Shown piece after piece: positions 44,901-53,205 of a stretch of 64,000 bases of DNA. The notes under the pieces are model-generated. The model made no database searches. It was not told the origin of the DNA and saw only the letters and a list, made by a program, of their open reading frames with translations. Location of the stretch: positions 2,826 through 66,825 of the forward strand of contig CAZETW010000005.1 in the NCBI GenBank assembly GCA_964515295.1, in the 5' to 3' direction. Source of the DNA: an uncultured bacterium (GTDB lineage: Bacteria > Zhuqueibacterota > QNDG01 > CAYUAG01). A program made the position numbers and the translations under genes. The stretch's first letter is position 1; each line of letters begins with the position of its first letter.

Positions 44901-46540
44901 AACAGCCTGAAAATAATAAATCACTTGTTGTAGATATCAGAGTATCCAGTGCATTAAATGCGGGAACTGTCAGTTTATATTATCGAGGTGTGGGCAATAC
45001 GGCATATTCAAATGTAACAGCTACAACAATTAATGATTCTACTTATCGGTGTACAATTCCTGCTGAGGATGTAAAAATTACTGGATTGGAATATTATGTC
45101 AGTGTAACTACGGATCAAGAAACATTGACTGATCCAAGATTAGATCCGGGGGCTAATCCCAAAGCTTTATCTGTCCACCATTCTGGTTTAAAGGCACCAT
45201 TAGTATTGCCTCATAGAGAATGGAAAATGTTTTCTATCCCCTTTAATTTAGATAATAACGATGTAGAAAGTATATTAGAAGATGATTTGGGCTCTTATAA
45301 TCCTTACAGGTGGAGGTTATTTTATTGGAGTGAGGGCAGATATCGAGAGTATGTTCCTCCTGAATTCTATCTTAATCCAGGTGAAGCCTATTGGATTCAG
45401 ACTCATTTGGAGAAAACTTTTAATATTGGAGCAGGCAGTTCTGTTACCAGTAGTGAGCATTTTGAAATCAGCTTAGATTCATCCTCAGTTGATACTATAG
45501 GGTTTAGTGACGGGTGGAAGATGGTCGGTCTCCCCTTTAATTTTCCTATAGACTGGAAAGACTGCAGTATTTCATCTCCATCTGTGAAAGGACCATATTA
45601 TTGGGATGGAGAACAGTATATTCCTCCTGAAAATATAAAAGTATTGGAACCATGGAAAGGATATTTTTTCTGTAATCAAAGTACAAGTAATGCAACATTA
45701 ATGATTCCCCCTATCAAATCCAGTACTGAATTAGCAGCTAAAGAAGGGCTGAAAAAAATAACTGATAATTATGATTTACTGTCCGGAGAATGGTTATTCA
45801 GAATAGAAGGTAGGTCGGATAACTCAAAAGATATATATAATTATGCAGGAGTTAAAATCGATGCTAATAGTGGATGGGGTCGGTATGATCAGCCTGAACC
45901 TCCTCAGATAAGTGAAGATTTTGCTGTTTATTTTCATCATGATGATTGGGGGCAATTTAATGGAAAATATTGTTCAGATTTTCAAAAGGCAGGTGAGGAA
46001 GGGTACATGTGGGATTTTTATGTAGAAAACAATACTGATAATCAAAACTATGAAATACACTGTATCCTTAATAATTCATTACCAGAAAACTGGAGAGCGT
46101 ATATTTTTGATCTTGACAGAGGAGTTGCAAAGAATATTTTGGAAGATGATCAATGGAATATAACTCATGATGAAAAGGATGAAAGATTAAATAAGTTTAA
46201 ACTGATTGTAGGTACTGAAGAATTTATACAAGAAAACAGTGATAATATTCCATTAGTTCCGGTTGAATTTGAACTTTCTCAGAATTTTCCCAATCCTTTT
46301 AATAATAATACGTTAATTGAATATGGATTACCTGAGAATGGTAAAGTTGAAATTGTTATCTTTAATTCTTTGGGACAGAAAGTAAGAGAACTGGTTAATA
46401 AGGAACAAAAAAGTGGTTTTCATGTAGTCGAATGGGATGGAAGAGATGCATCAGGGTTATATGTTGCAAGCGGGGTTTATATTTGCAGATTAAAAGCACA
46501 TAAGAATATAAAAGTTAGGAAAATGGTGTTTATTAAATAG
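38912..46540 (+). CDS. Giant secreted protein (2542 aa): LVIVD-repeat propeller, 4x (Ig-like ASH/HYDIN-type + LamG), unknown ~600-aa region, T9SS C-terminal sorting domain
   Basis: Signal peptide. Repeats such as DYIFIADGNNGLVVCN, NKLYLADGTKGLSIINFS, GYAFLACGRDGFRVVDV and TIYISDADKGLRVFDL (LVIVD-like). Four LamG-like units end in IDEVRVSSVDRRPWEF, IDEVRLSSVPRLPWEF, IDEIRFSNINRQTWEF and IDEVRISNTPRTKLEF. The C-terminus QNFPNPFNNNTLIEY...SGVYICRLKA is a T9SS CTD. Confidence 0.7.
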   Translation: MRYSRIFLFIIILLSLSSVFGQSSDNAELIGRWGHGHSKAIARWQDTFTFIGNGSILEVYGYDVGSSDLEKLDQILLAGEIVDIAVHDVTPTDEQINVCVALGDTGFQMVFFYNQGLYRGTFDVSTYIKSTEGKALGVSWDTEDYIFIADGNNGLVVCNAQEVSNPSFIENIKTAGYARDVCVVNDSSVVVAVDTSGVQSISIERNAQNKIITLQSADTLKIPPYFPSLLYPDKSQPAAYEIFTVDNYTYVSAGWGGLRMIDATAPHNLSSIGYWVNSGPVDVLSASICNDYVYILGIDAEGDPGLYTHIDKSSGVLSPDSSYVYRYNNIEKLEKIIVANDTAFVCDGYGGFKVLELFDRNSIPIYPAELYYFKTSDYTYDAVISGNYCFTASGRSGIKIFDTNFAPPDEYMEPIDSLNTPGEVFGICFHNNKLYLADGTKGLSIINFSNFPYNPYIWSTPQLSNPTDSSYDVDVSSDGYAFLACGRDGFRVVDVRYQPSELTSIGSPFNTFNNVKAVKVTDDRLIVADTAGVYVYDISGLPNNITRTHTLETPAEELEPLGVDAIGDSLFIANGRHGLYFWNLSDDSFSKFAATTGKCTDIIINKKTIYISDADKGLRVFDLSLPDTLLKTGTYWTNGTANRIDISGTNLSIADKEDGLYIVESLVQPEISLSSTDIEFGTVPVSETRTRLLWIKNTGTTLLKGNISISGDDSLFVFSPSEFKVPPGLTEKISIKFIPSEQLTLGQQYSKVVRVISNDPVDEEIELTFSFERGFPIAKTAYQSDVFTVGLWHFNEQSGGIAFDSSPNLLNGTWVNINSTGNGKFARSYQFGGKNNPAHVEFPYHKDLNFKEHEFTVELWFNMISIPKDYAMLACRGNHPNRQFELFLDPENGIVGRVYHTSSDDNEVATGSLDQLSVYQWYHVALTWDRDSLKIYLNSIQKDSKYVRQGLIDQNVAPLSVGAATTQSAPFEGLIDEVRVSSVDRRPWEFNVSRANLNIKEDTLFFDKVLTERKRRIPLYISNRGGEVLEISNISSPSSQVSFYPQISESSPMLVEAGTNSVIWVSYTAQGYGNFSSNITIESNDPTFPETSVPFQGTTVVSPQLGKYKTDNFTLGLWHFNYPSGPTGKMVIPDSSGHGMDGIWNGLQPGTAVARFDKAIYLDGNDDFCVMDTVGGHILYDRWGGFTVEGWFYLDPITVGKQYLIRRGFADAQQFNLFINEDDQVVGNIYNKNKQKFEVVSNKTLESEKWYHLALVLYSDSLLNLYIDGSVNNSIAVNGELNSKTNPIDTLSVLIGGNWKSNDCFHGYIDEVRLSSVPRLPWEFSVRSASIVVSTKEVDFGQVIAGAKRTLQYWISNGSMEDTLKIWPVNIESLEYFTVPSETLKVAPYEEESEIQSEALTIHFTPSESGSFTEELSFVSNDPNYLNENFKITLEGEGFITRLTNFYGSDVFTGALYHFEEGTGEQSVDSSGYGGTAELDNITWTESGRFGRAIRMSSLNSEVRITGVPYQHVKNSTFTTEFWFNMNSISTNNYNTLMEIGDGDINSVEILYHWLHGLVAKVYDSNGVLTQLQTDNLNFFVTQKWYHSALVCDGDSLWLYLNNRCMDSKSLNNQIDFTGAGSIYIGREEQGATSYFNGIIDEIRFSNINRQTWEFNVFPRELVVVPQQIQFPPVRSGNSKSLNLWIANEGDEFLNTTVITGVEQEFTLPNSMSQNSSFDTTLLGKSYITIPVIYTPVAEEIVDNWTITSNDPQNEAIDITISGTSSSSLRVTPYIADAHTVALYHLNRVVQNNIVEDNSINKNNGALINGTIGEGYFNYGILFDGRASRIEVPYNETLAFDFNKDNFTIECFFKTDTVSQTLISRGIETGNSDINYWIYINRKGRITVNGLGSFGPNISDNAWHHVAVSYNRFTEEGSVFIDGELIEETEWDETPEILDQRPLIIGAYEQSVGSYSDYFHGYIDEVRISNTPRTKLEFAMGDFSEEFDIRIADTNPKQPENNKSLVVDIRVSSALNAGTVSLYYRGVGNTAYSNVTATTINDSTYRCTIPAEDVKITGLEYYVSVTTDQETLTDPRLDPGANPKALSVHHSGLKAPLVLPHREWKMFSIPFNLDNNDVESILEDDLGSYNPYRWRLFYWSEGRYREYVPPEFYLNPGEAYWIQTHLEKTFNIGAGSSVTSSEHFEISLDSSSVDTIGFSDGWKMVGLPFNFPIDWKDCSISSPSVKGPYYWDGEQYIPPENIKVLEPWKGYFFCNQSTSNATLMIPPIKSSTELAAKEGLKKITDNYDLLSGEWLFRIEGRSDNSKDIYNYAGVKIDANSGWGRYDQPEPPQISEDFAVYFHHDDWGQFNGKYCSDFQKAGEEGYMWDFYVENNTDNQNYEIHCILNNSLPENWRAYIFDLDRGVAKNILEDDQWNITHDEKDERLNKFKLIVGTEEFIQENSDNIPLVPVEFELSQNFPNPFNNNTLIEYGLPENGKVEIVIFNSLGQKVRELVNKEQKSGFHVVEWDGRDASGLYVASGVYICRLKAHKNIKVRKMVFIK

Positions 46541-46570
46541 AGTCCAGTAAAGACAGTTAGGGGAATATTT

Positions 46571-47695
46571 ATGAAATATAAGATATTGTTAATAATTGTA
46601 TTATTTGTGGTTTGTGGTCAGTTATTTGCCCAGGAGGAAGTCCTTCCTATTCAGCGCAGAAGATTTGTTTCTGTAGGCTCAAGTTTTCAGATATGGAAAA
46701 GACGTACTGCTCCTGCAGTAACTCAAATTTCCTTACCTTTCTCATATATGTATCCTGTTAATAGGCGTCTTACTTTCTCCATTACAAGTGCACCTGCTGT
46801 TTCCTGGTGGTTTGGTGATTATAAAGTTTTTGGACTTTCTGATACCTGGATTAATACAAGCTGGTTACTTGTTGATGAGAGATTACTATTAAATGTTGGA
46901 ATGGCAATACCGACCGGTAAAACTCATCTTGATGAATATCAATTCAGGGTTATAACTGAAGGATTAACCAAGAATATTTATAAGTTTAATTTACCTAATT
47001 ATGGTCAGGGCTTTTCATTTCGCACCGGTATGGTGTATTCTATACCTGTAACAGAAAATATAGTTTTTGGTATGGGAGGACAATTTATTTATAATTCTTC
47101 ATACACTCCTGTTGAATATGATATTGGTATTGAGGGCACTGAGTCCTGGGAAGTGAGATATAAACCTGGTGATATTGCGTCATTAAATATGGGAGTAGAT
47201 TTTTCTTTAAATGATAATATGAAGTTAATGCTTGACGGATTTTATACATATTATTTTAGTGATATGCTGGAGGACAGTCTTTTATATCGTGCAGGTGGTA
47301 AAGCATCTCTCAATGCAGGTTATTTTTATAGATTTGATGATAAGTATCTGTGGTTATTTTTACAATATCGCCAGAGAAGTGAAAATAAAGAGATGAAAAA
47401 TTTCAGATTAAATTATATGGATTCTAATCATCAATATCAATTTGAAGCTAATATGATGGTCAAACCAGTGGAATTTGACCAGGGAGATATGGTATTATTA
47501 GGTGATTTTCGATATTATGGTAAAAGTGATATTTTAATAACAGATGATTATTTATTAGGTGGCGGAGTCGGTTTTATATATGAAGTGAATGAATACATGA
47601 GATGGGATATAAGGGTAAAGTATTTAGTTGGACGAGTCAGAGACGAAAGTGCTAATGGATTTGATTTATCTGTTATCTTACAATATGAATTTTAA
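46571..47695 (+). CDS. Outer-membrane beta-barrel protein (family unknown)
   Basis: Signal peptide, alternating amphipathic strands, aromatic C-terminus ...VILQYEF. Confidence 0.5.
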   Translation: MKYKILLIIVLFVVCGQLFAQEEVLPIQRRRFVSVGSSFQIWKRRTAPAVTQISLPFSYMYPVNRRLTFSITSAPAVSWWFGDYKVFGLSDTWINTSWLLVDERLLLNVGMAIPTGKTHLDEYQFRVITEGLTKNIYKFNLPNYGQGFSFRTGMVYSIPVTENIVFGMGGQFIYNSSYTPVEYDIGIEGTESWEVRYKPGDIASLNMGVDFSLNDNMKLMLDGFYTYYFSDMLEDSLLYRAGGKASLNAGYFYRFDDKYLWLFLQYRQRSENKEMKNFRLNYMDSNHQYQFEANMMVKPVEFDQGDMVLLGDFRYYGKSDILITDDYLLGGGVGFIYEVNEYMRWDIRVKYLVGRVRDESANGFDLSVILQYEF

Positions 47696-47772
47696 TGATT
47701 TGATTTTTTATAAATAATAATTATATTTTCAGGTTTAAGATAATTGTTCAATTATTAATAAAGGAGGTTACA

Positions 47773-47943
47773 TTGGCTCACAAGATTACTGAAGAATGTA
47801 TTATGTGCGGTGCCTGTATTGATGAATGTCCTGAAGAGGCAATTTCTGAAAGTGATGAAATTTGTGTGATTGATGCAGAAAAATGTACGGATTGTGGTTC
47901 TTGTGTAGAGGTATGCCCGACTGATGCTATTATTGAAGCCTAG
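47773..47943 (+). CDS. 2x[4Fe-4S] ferredoxin (56 aa), missing from the ORF track (under 60 aa)
   Basis: TTG start 6 nt after AAAGGAGG. Translation (M)AHKITEECIMCGACIDECPEEAISESDEICVIDAEKCTDCGSCVEVCPTDAIIEA has two CxxCxxCxxxCP motifs. Confidence 0.85.
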   Translation: MAHKITEECIMCGACIDECPEEAISESDEICVIDAEKCTDCGSCVEVCPTDAIIEA

Positions 47944-48145
47944 GAAATGATAATTTAGGATTCTTTTGTTGAATCTTTGGGGTTGTTTAGAAAGAGAATT
48001 AATACTAAAAGTTTATTGATAAAAACAGAAATTACAAACTGGATTATAAATAATTTGTTTTTCTGTTATTTTTTTATTAATATTTGTTTATAGTTATAAT
48101 TCTTTACTTTTTAAACAACCCTTATTGTTTATATTCCGGAGAAAT

Positions 48146-48934
48146 ATGTTTAAAAGTGTTTTAACAATAGCAGATTCAGATTCCAGCGGGAGTGGCGGGA
48201 TCCAGGCAGATTTAAAGACTTTTTTTTCTTTTGGTATATATGGAATGTCTGTTATAACTTCGGTAACAGCTCAGAATTCATTAAGGATCAATGGTATAGT
48301 ACATTTATCCAAAGAATTTATCAGCCTTCAGATCGAATCAGTTCTGTCAGATTTTAAGATCGATGGAATAAAGATCGGGATTTTATATGACAGAGATACA
48401 GTCATAACAGTAGCCCGTAAAATATTAGAGAATAAAATACCTGTCATAGTTATTGATCCGGCCATGAAGACAAAAAGTGGAGAGACGCTTTTAAAAGATA
48501 ATAGTATCGGAATTTTTAAAAGAGAGTTAATTCCTCACGCAACTCTTATTACTCCTAATATTCCAGAAGCTGAGATCTTATCACATATAATAATTGAGAA
48601 TCCTGATGATGCTAAAAAAGCTGCGGAAAAAATATATGGATTAGGCTGTAAATCTGTATTGATAACCGGAGGACATTTAAAAGGTGAGCCTGTTGATATA
48701 CTTTTTGATGGACAAGAGTTTACTTTATTCAGAGGAAAACGAGTTGATTCAATAAATACTCATGGAACAGGCTGTACATTTTCTGCTGCAATAACAGCGA
48801 ATTTAGTAAAAGGAAATTCTCTGAGAGAATCAATACACAGTGCAAAAGATTATCTTTACAGAGCCATTAAAGCATCATTCAACCTGGGAAAGGGATATAG
48901 ATCGTTGAATCATTTCGTAAGAGCAGATGCATAA
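48146..48934 (+). CDS. thiD: Hydroxymethylpyrimidine/phosphomethylpyrimidine kinase
   Basis: MFKSVLTIADSDSSGSGGIQADLKTF...VTAQNS...THGTGCTFSAAITANL. Start taken at the internal ATG. Confidence 0.85.
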   Translation: MFKSVLTIADSDSSGSGGIQADLKTFFSFGIYGMSVITSVTAQNSLRINGIVHLSKEFISLQIESVLSDFKIDGIKIGILYDRDTVITVARKILENKIPVIVIDPAMKTKSGETLLKDNSIGIFKRELIPHATLITPNIPEAEILSHIIIENPDDAKKAAEKIYGLGCKSVLITGGHLKGEPVDILFDGQEFTLFRGKRVDSINTHGTGCTFSAAITANLVKGNSLRESIHSAKDYLYRAIKASFNLGKGYRSLNHFVRADA

Positions 48935-49496
48935 GATAATGGATACTCATAAGCCAAAACTTTTCTTACATGCATGTTGTGCCCCCTGTACTACGTATCC
49001 CTATACAGAGTTATACCAGTATTATACAGTTTCTGTTTATTTTTATAATCCTAATATTCATCCAGCCGCAGAATATGATATGAGATTAAAAAATATGAGG
49101 GAACTTGCTTATAAGTGGAAGTTTGACCTTATTGTAGCTTCATATGATGTGAATAGATGGCATCAGGCAATAGAAGGGCTGGAAGATTGTCAAGAAGGTG
49201 GGAAAAGATGTGTTGAATGTTACAGACTTCGATTACAAAAGACTGCTGAAACGGCTAAAAAGAGAGGATTTGATCTTTTTGCTACAACATTAACTGTAAG
49301 TCCCTTAAAAAATGCTGAGGTTATCAATAGTATCGGACAAAAAATTCAAAAAAAGATTGGAATAAATTACCTGGAATCTGATTTTAAAAAGAAAGACGGC
49401 TTTAAAAAGAGTTGTAAAATCAGCAAACAGGAAGGTCTGTATAGACAAAATTATTGCGGATGTATTTACAGCAGGAGAGAATCAAGTAATGATTGA
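48927..49496 (+). CDS. queH: Epoxyqueuosine reductase QueH (DUF208)
   Basis: LFLHACCAPCTTYP, YFYNPNIHP..EY and CVECYRLRL motifs. Confidence 0.8.
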   Translation: MHKIMDTHKPKLFLHACCAPCTTYPYTELYQYYTVSVYFYNPNIHPAAEYDMRLKNMRELAYKWKFDLIVASYDVNRWHQAIEGLEDCQEGGKRCVECYRLRLQKTAETAKKRGFDLFATTLTVSPLKNAEVINSIGQKIQKKIGINYLESDFKKKDGFKKSCKISKQEGLYRQNYCGCIYSRRESSND

Positions 49497-49629
49497 TTAA
49501 TATGATTTTGGGAAAATGAGCATTGATGGATAAAATAATCGGTGCTTTTAATTTAGCCTGTTAAGAAATAAGATTTGCACAGGAGTCATTATTACTGAGT
49601 ATCGTAAAAAAATTATACTAGTATTAGCA

Positions 49630-49971
49630 GTGTTGATTCCTTTAGGCTTTATATCAAAATTATATCAGGGACCTTATCACAGCTGGTTTAATTATTATTT
49701 AGGAGGACTATTGTATGAGATTTTCTGGTGTCTGCTTATTGCATTTATTGGTCCTAAGATTTCGAAAATAAAAATTGTTACTATAGTACTAATTTTTACT
49801 TGTTGTCTGGAATTTTTACAGTTATACCATAATTCTTTTCTGGATAATATTCGTTCCACCTTTTGGGGAAGGACATTGATAGGACATTCTTTTTCCTGGT
49901 ATGATTTTCCTTATTATTTTATTGGATGCGGAATGGGATATGTAATTTTGGTACAATTGGATAAAAAGTAA
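49630..49971 (+). CDS. DUF2809-family membrane protein; true start probably upstream
   Basis: GGLLYEIFW...CLEFLQLY...GRTLIGHSFSWYDFPYYFIG matches the DUF2809 pattern. The frame is open back to 49558 with no ATG/GTG/TTG. Confidence 0.55.
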   Translation: MLIPLGFISKLYQGPYHSWFNYYLGGLLYEIFWCLLIAFIGPKISKIKIVTIVLIFTCCLEFLQLYHNSFLDNIRSTFWGRTLIGHSFSWYDFPYYFIGCGMGYVILVQLDKK

Positions 49972-49987
49972 ACTTTAAGAGAACAGT

Positions 49988-50959
49988 ATGAAAAAAAAAC
50001 AAATGCAACCAACATTCGATCAAATCAAGGAGGCATATAAACGGATAAAAACTGTTGTCCACAGAACTCCGGTTTTAACCTGTAATTCCATCAATCAAAT
50101 GGTGCAATCGCAACTGTTTTTTAAGTGTGAAAATTTTCAAAAAACAGGATCTTTTAAATTCAGGGGAGCATCTAATGGTGTTTTCTCTTTATCAGATAAA
50201 CAGGCTTTATCAGGAGTAGTAACTCATTCTTCAGGAAACCATGCTGCAGCACTTTCTCTGAGTGCCAGAACGAAAAACATTCCGGCGTATATTGTTATGC
50301 CGTCCATAGCCCCCAAGGTTAAAGTTGAAGCTGTAAGAGGGTATGGAGGAATAATTACATTTTGTCGGCCCACGCTAAAAGCAAGAGAAGAAACTGCTCA
50401 GAAAATTATTGATGAAAAGCATGCACATTTAATTCATTCGTATAATAATTATAACATTATTGCCGGGCAGGGTACAGCTGCGTTAGAACTGATTGAGGAG
50501 ATTAATGATTTGGATATTATAGTAACACCGGTCGGAGGCGGTGGACTGCTCAGCGGTACTGCTATAACAGCTAAGTCACAAAAAGATACTGTTCAGGTAA
50601 TAGGTTGTGAGCCTGAAAATGCAGATGATGCTTTCAGATCAAAAAAAGTCGGCTATATCATTCCATCCGAAAATCCGGATACAATTGCTGATGGTCTTTT
50701 GACTTCTTTGGGAACAAAAACATTTCCGATTATCAGGGATCTGGTGGATGATATTGTGCTGGTTTCTGAAACTGAAATTGTGAATGCTATGCGCCTGATA
50801 TTTGAAAGAATGAAAATGGTCATAGAACCTTCTGCTGCTGTTCCTCTGGGAGCACTGATATCGGATAAACTGAAAGTTAAGGATAAAAAAGTCGGGATAA
50901 TTGTATCCGGAGGAAATATTGATACAGAAAATATTTCTTCGATTATTAATTACAAGTAA
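49988..50959 (+). CDS. PLP-dependent serine/threonine dehydratase family protein
   Basis: FFKCENFQKTGSFKFRGA (PLP lysine), SSGNHAAAL and TPVGGGGLLSG motifs. Confidence 0.8.
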   Translation: MKKKQMQPTFDQIKEAYKRIKTVVHRTPVLTCNSINQMVQSQLFFKCENFQKTGSFKFRGASNGVFSLSDKQALSGVVTHSSGNHAAALSLSARTKNIPAYIVMPSIAPKVKVEAVRGYGGIITFCRPTLKAREETAQKIIDEKHAHLIHSYNNYNIIAGQGTAALELIEEINDLDIIVTPVGGGGLLSGTAITAKSQKDTVQVIGCEPENADDAFRSKKVGYIIPSENPDTIADGLLTSLGTKTFPIIRDLVDDIVLVSETEIVNAMRLIFERMKMVIEPSAAVPLGALISDKLKVKDKKVGIIVSGGNIDTENISSIINYK

Positions 50960-51037
50960 AAGATCTCCAGCAGCTATTTTGAAATTTGGATAAAAAATTT
51001 TATATTATAAACCTTAGAATTTTTATGGTGATTAAGG

Positions 51038-51910
51038 ATGAATGAAAGATTAGTAATACTTGCAGGAGGGATTTCATCCCGGATGAAGAACACTCCTGTA
51101 GAGTCAGATGTTTCTGTAGATAAAGAACTGGTAAAAGAAGCTCAGGTTAAATCCAAGTCCATGCTGGGAGTTGGTAAGAATCACAGGCCGTTTCTTGATT
51201 ATTTGTTATACAATGCTGCGCAGGCTGGATATAAAGATATTGTCATAGTAGTAGGAGAAAAAGATACATCCATCAGGTCTTTTTACGGAAATAACCCCAG
51301 AAATAACAAGTATATGGGATTATATATTTCTTATGCAGTGCAGACTATACCAGAGGGAAGAGAAAAACCTCTGGGAACAGCAGATGCTTTATTGCAGGCA
51401 TTGACATATAGAACTGACTGGCAGGGGAAAAAATTTACTGTATGCAACAGTGATAATTTGTATTCAACCAAAGCTTTTCGTTTACTGGCAGAAGATAATC
51501 ACCCTAACTCTTTTATTGATTATGACCGCTCTGCCTTAAAGTTTAAAAAAAGCAGAATTCTCAAGTTTGCTGTTACACAAAAGGATTCTCAGGGATTTCT
51601 GGAGGATATCATCGAAAAACCAACTGATGAAGATATTGAACATATAAAGAACAATGATGGCAAAATTGGTATCAGTATGAATATTTTTAGATTAAGCTAT
51701 GATATGATTTTACCTTTTCTTAAAAAAGTACCAGTAAATCCTAAACGAAATGAAAAAGAGCTGCCGGAAGCAGTAGTGATGATGACGAAAAAATATCCCC
51801 AATCCTGTTATGCAATTTTTTTTGCCGAACATGTTCCTGATTTGACCAGTTGTAATGATGTTGAAAATGTACAGAAATATTTGACTGCAGATTTTGACAA
51901 TTTACCTTAA
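51038..51910 (+). CDS. Sugar-phosphate nucleotidyltransferase-family protein
   Basis: N-terminal VILAGGISSRMK and ...PLGTADAL... motifs. Confidence 0.6.
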   Translation: MNERLVILAGGISSRMKNTPVESDVSVDKELVKEAQVKSKSMLGVGKNHRPFLDYLLYNAAQAGYKDIVIVVGEKDTSIRSFYGNNPRNNKYMGLYISYAVQTIPEGREKPLGTADALLQALTYRTDWQGKKFTVCNSDNLYSTKAFRLLAEDNHPNSFIDYDRSALKFKKSRILKFAVTQKDSQGFLEDIIEKPTDEDIEHIKNNDGKIGISMNIFRLSYDMILPFLKKVPVNPKRNEKELPEAVVMMTKKYPQSCYAIFFAEHVPDLTSCNDVENVQKYLTADFDNLP

Positions 51911-51927
51911 GATGTGGAATATAAATT

Positions 51928-53205
51928 ATGGGAAAAAAATTATTCAGATCACCTAAAGGTGTAAATGATGTACTGCCGGATGAACAAATTTTTTGGCAGT
52001 ATGTAGAAAATAAAATAAATAAAATTACTAAAGTTTTCGGATATGAAAAACTCGGATTGCCAATATTTGAAATTACTGAGCTTTTTACCCGGGGAGTAGG
52101 AGTAACTACAGATATTGTAGAAAAAGAAATGTATACCTTTAAGGATAAAGGTGGAAATTCTCTTACTCTCCGACCTGAATTTACTGCTGGTGTCATGAGA
52201 GCTTATCTGCAGAATGGCATGTCAAATCTTCCCAAACCAGTGAAACTGTGGTCACTGGGACCTATCTTCAGATATGAGCGGCCACAGGCCGGACGATTCA
52301 GACAACATACTCAGTTTAATGTAGAGGCCATAGGAGTACAGGATCCGGCTTTGGATCTGGAAGTAATGTCAGTAGCCTGGCAGTTGTATGATGAACTGCA
52401 GTTCAGGAATCTGAATTTTCAGATTAACAGCATAGGCTGTCCGAAATGCAGACCTGCCTATTTACATCAGTTACAGGAATATTATAAAGAAAATGAATCT
52501 CTGGTATGTGATGAATGCAGGAGAAGAATAAAGAAAAATCCCCTCCGCGTATTGGACTGTAAAAATGAAAAGTGTCTTCCTGTTATAGAAAAAGCTCCGA
52601 ACATAAGCAAAACTTTATGTGAAGAATGTAATAAACATTTTCAGACATTAAAAAAATATCTTGATAAATTAAATCGGCCTTATACAGTTAATCACCGGCT
52701 GGTCAGAGGTCTTGATTATTATACCAGAACTGTTTTTGAAGTATGGGCAGAAGGAATTGGTGCCCAGAATGCAGTATGCGGAGGAGGACGTTATGACAGG
52801 CTTGCAGAAATATTAGGAGGTGAGCCGACCCCGGCAGTTGGCTTTGCCTCCGGCATTGAACGAATTGTGCTAACCTTAAAACAAAATAAGATTGATATTC
52901 CGGATACAACACAACCAAAGATTTATTGTGCTTATTTAGGAGATAAAGCAAAAGATGAAGTAATAACCTTAGTTGCTCAGATGCGTACCGCAGGAGTTAA
53001 AGCAGTAATGGGATTTGGGTCCAGAAGTTTAAAAGCTCAGCTTCGTGATGCAAATAAAAAGAATTCAGAATATGCAGTAATTATTGGTGATGAGGAGGTT
53101 GAAAACAGAGAAGCACAAGTAAAAGATATGAGAACGTTTAAAGAAAAATTTATTCCATTTAAAGATATTGTAAATTTAGCAGCAAAGCATGAAAAACTTA
53201 TTTAA
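51928..53205 (+). CDS. hisS: Histidine--tRNA ligase
   Basis: PKGVNDVLPDE, LTLRPEFTAG, GPIFRYERPQAGRFRQHTQFNVE and GGGRYD motifs. Confidence 0.9.
   Translation: MGKKLFRSPKGVNDVLPDEQIFWQYVENKINKITKVFGYEKLGLPIFEITELFTRGVGVTTDIVEKEMYTFKDKGGNSLTLRPEFTAGVMRAYLQNGMSNLPKPVKLWSLGPIFRYERPQAGRFRQHTQFNVEAIGVQDPALDLEVMSVAWQLYDELQFRNLNFQINSIGCPKCRPAYLHQLQEYYKENESLVCDECRRRIKKNPLRVLDCKNEKCLPVIEKAPNISKTLCEECNKHFQTLKKYLDKLNRPYTVNHRLVRGLDYYTRTVFEVWAEGIGAQNAVCGGGRYDRLAEILGGEPTPAVGFASGIERIVLTLKQNKIDIPDTTQPKIYCAYLGDKAKDEVITLVAQMRTAGVKAVMGFGSRSLKAQLRDANKKNSEYAVIIGDEEVENREAQVKDMRTFKEKFIPFKDIVNLAAKHEKLI

Noticed and set aside
17817-47695. Dozens of 60-230-aa ORFs nested in or antisense to the giant genes (for example 40516..41214, 22386..22817)
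   Set aside because: They lie within long, motif-rich frames with signal peptides and CTDs. Their composition is typical of antisense or out-of-frame artefacts.
47944-48145. Possible TPP (THI-box) riboswitch upstream of thiD, prompted by a 9-nt long-range complement (GGGTTGTTT 47980-47988 / AAACAACCC 48113-48121)
   Set aside because: The conserved CUGAGA and ACCUGAUCUGGAUAAUGCCAGCG cores are not present. A single 9-mer complement over ~130 nt is not unexpected by chance.
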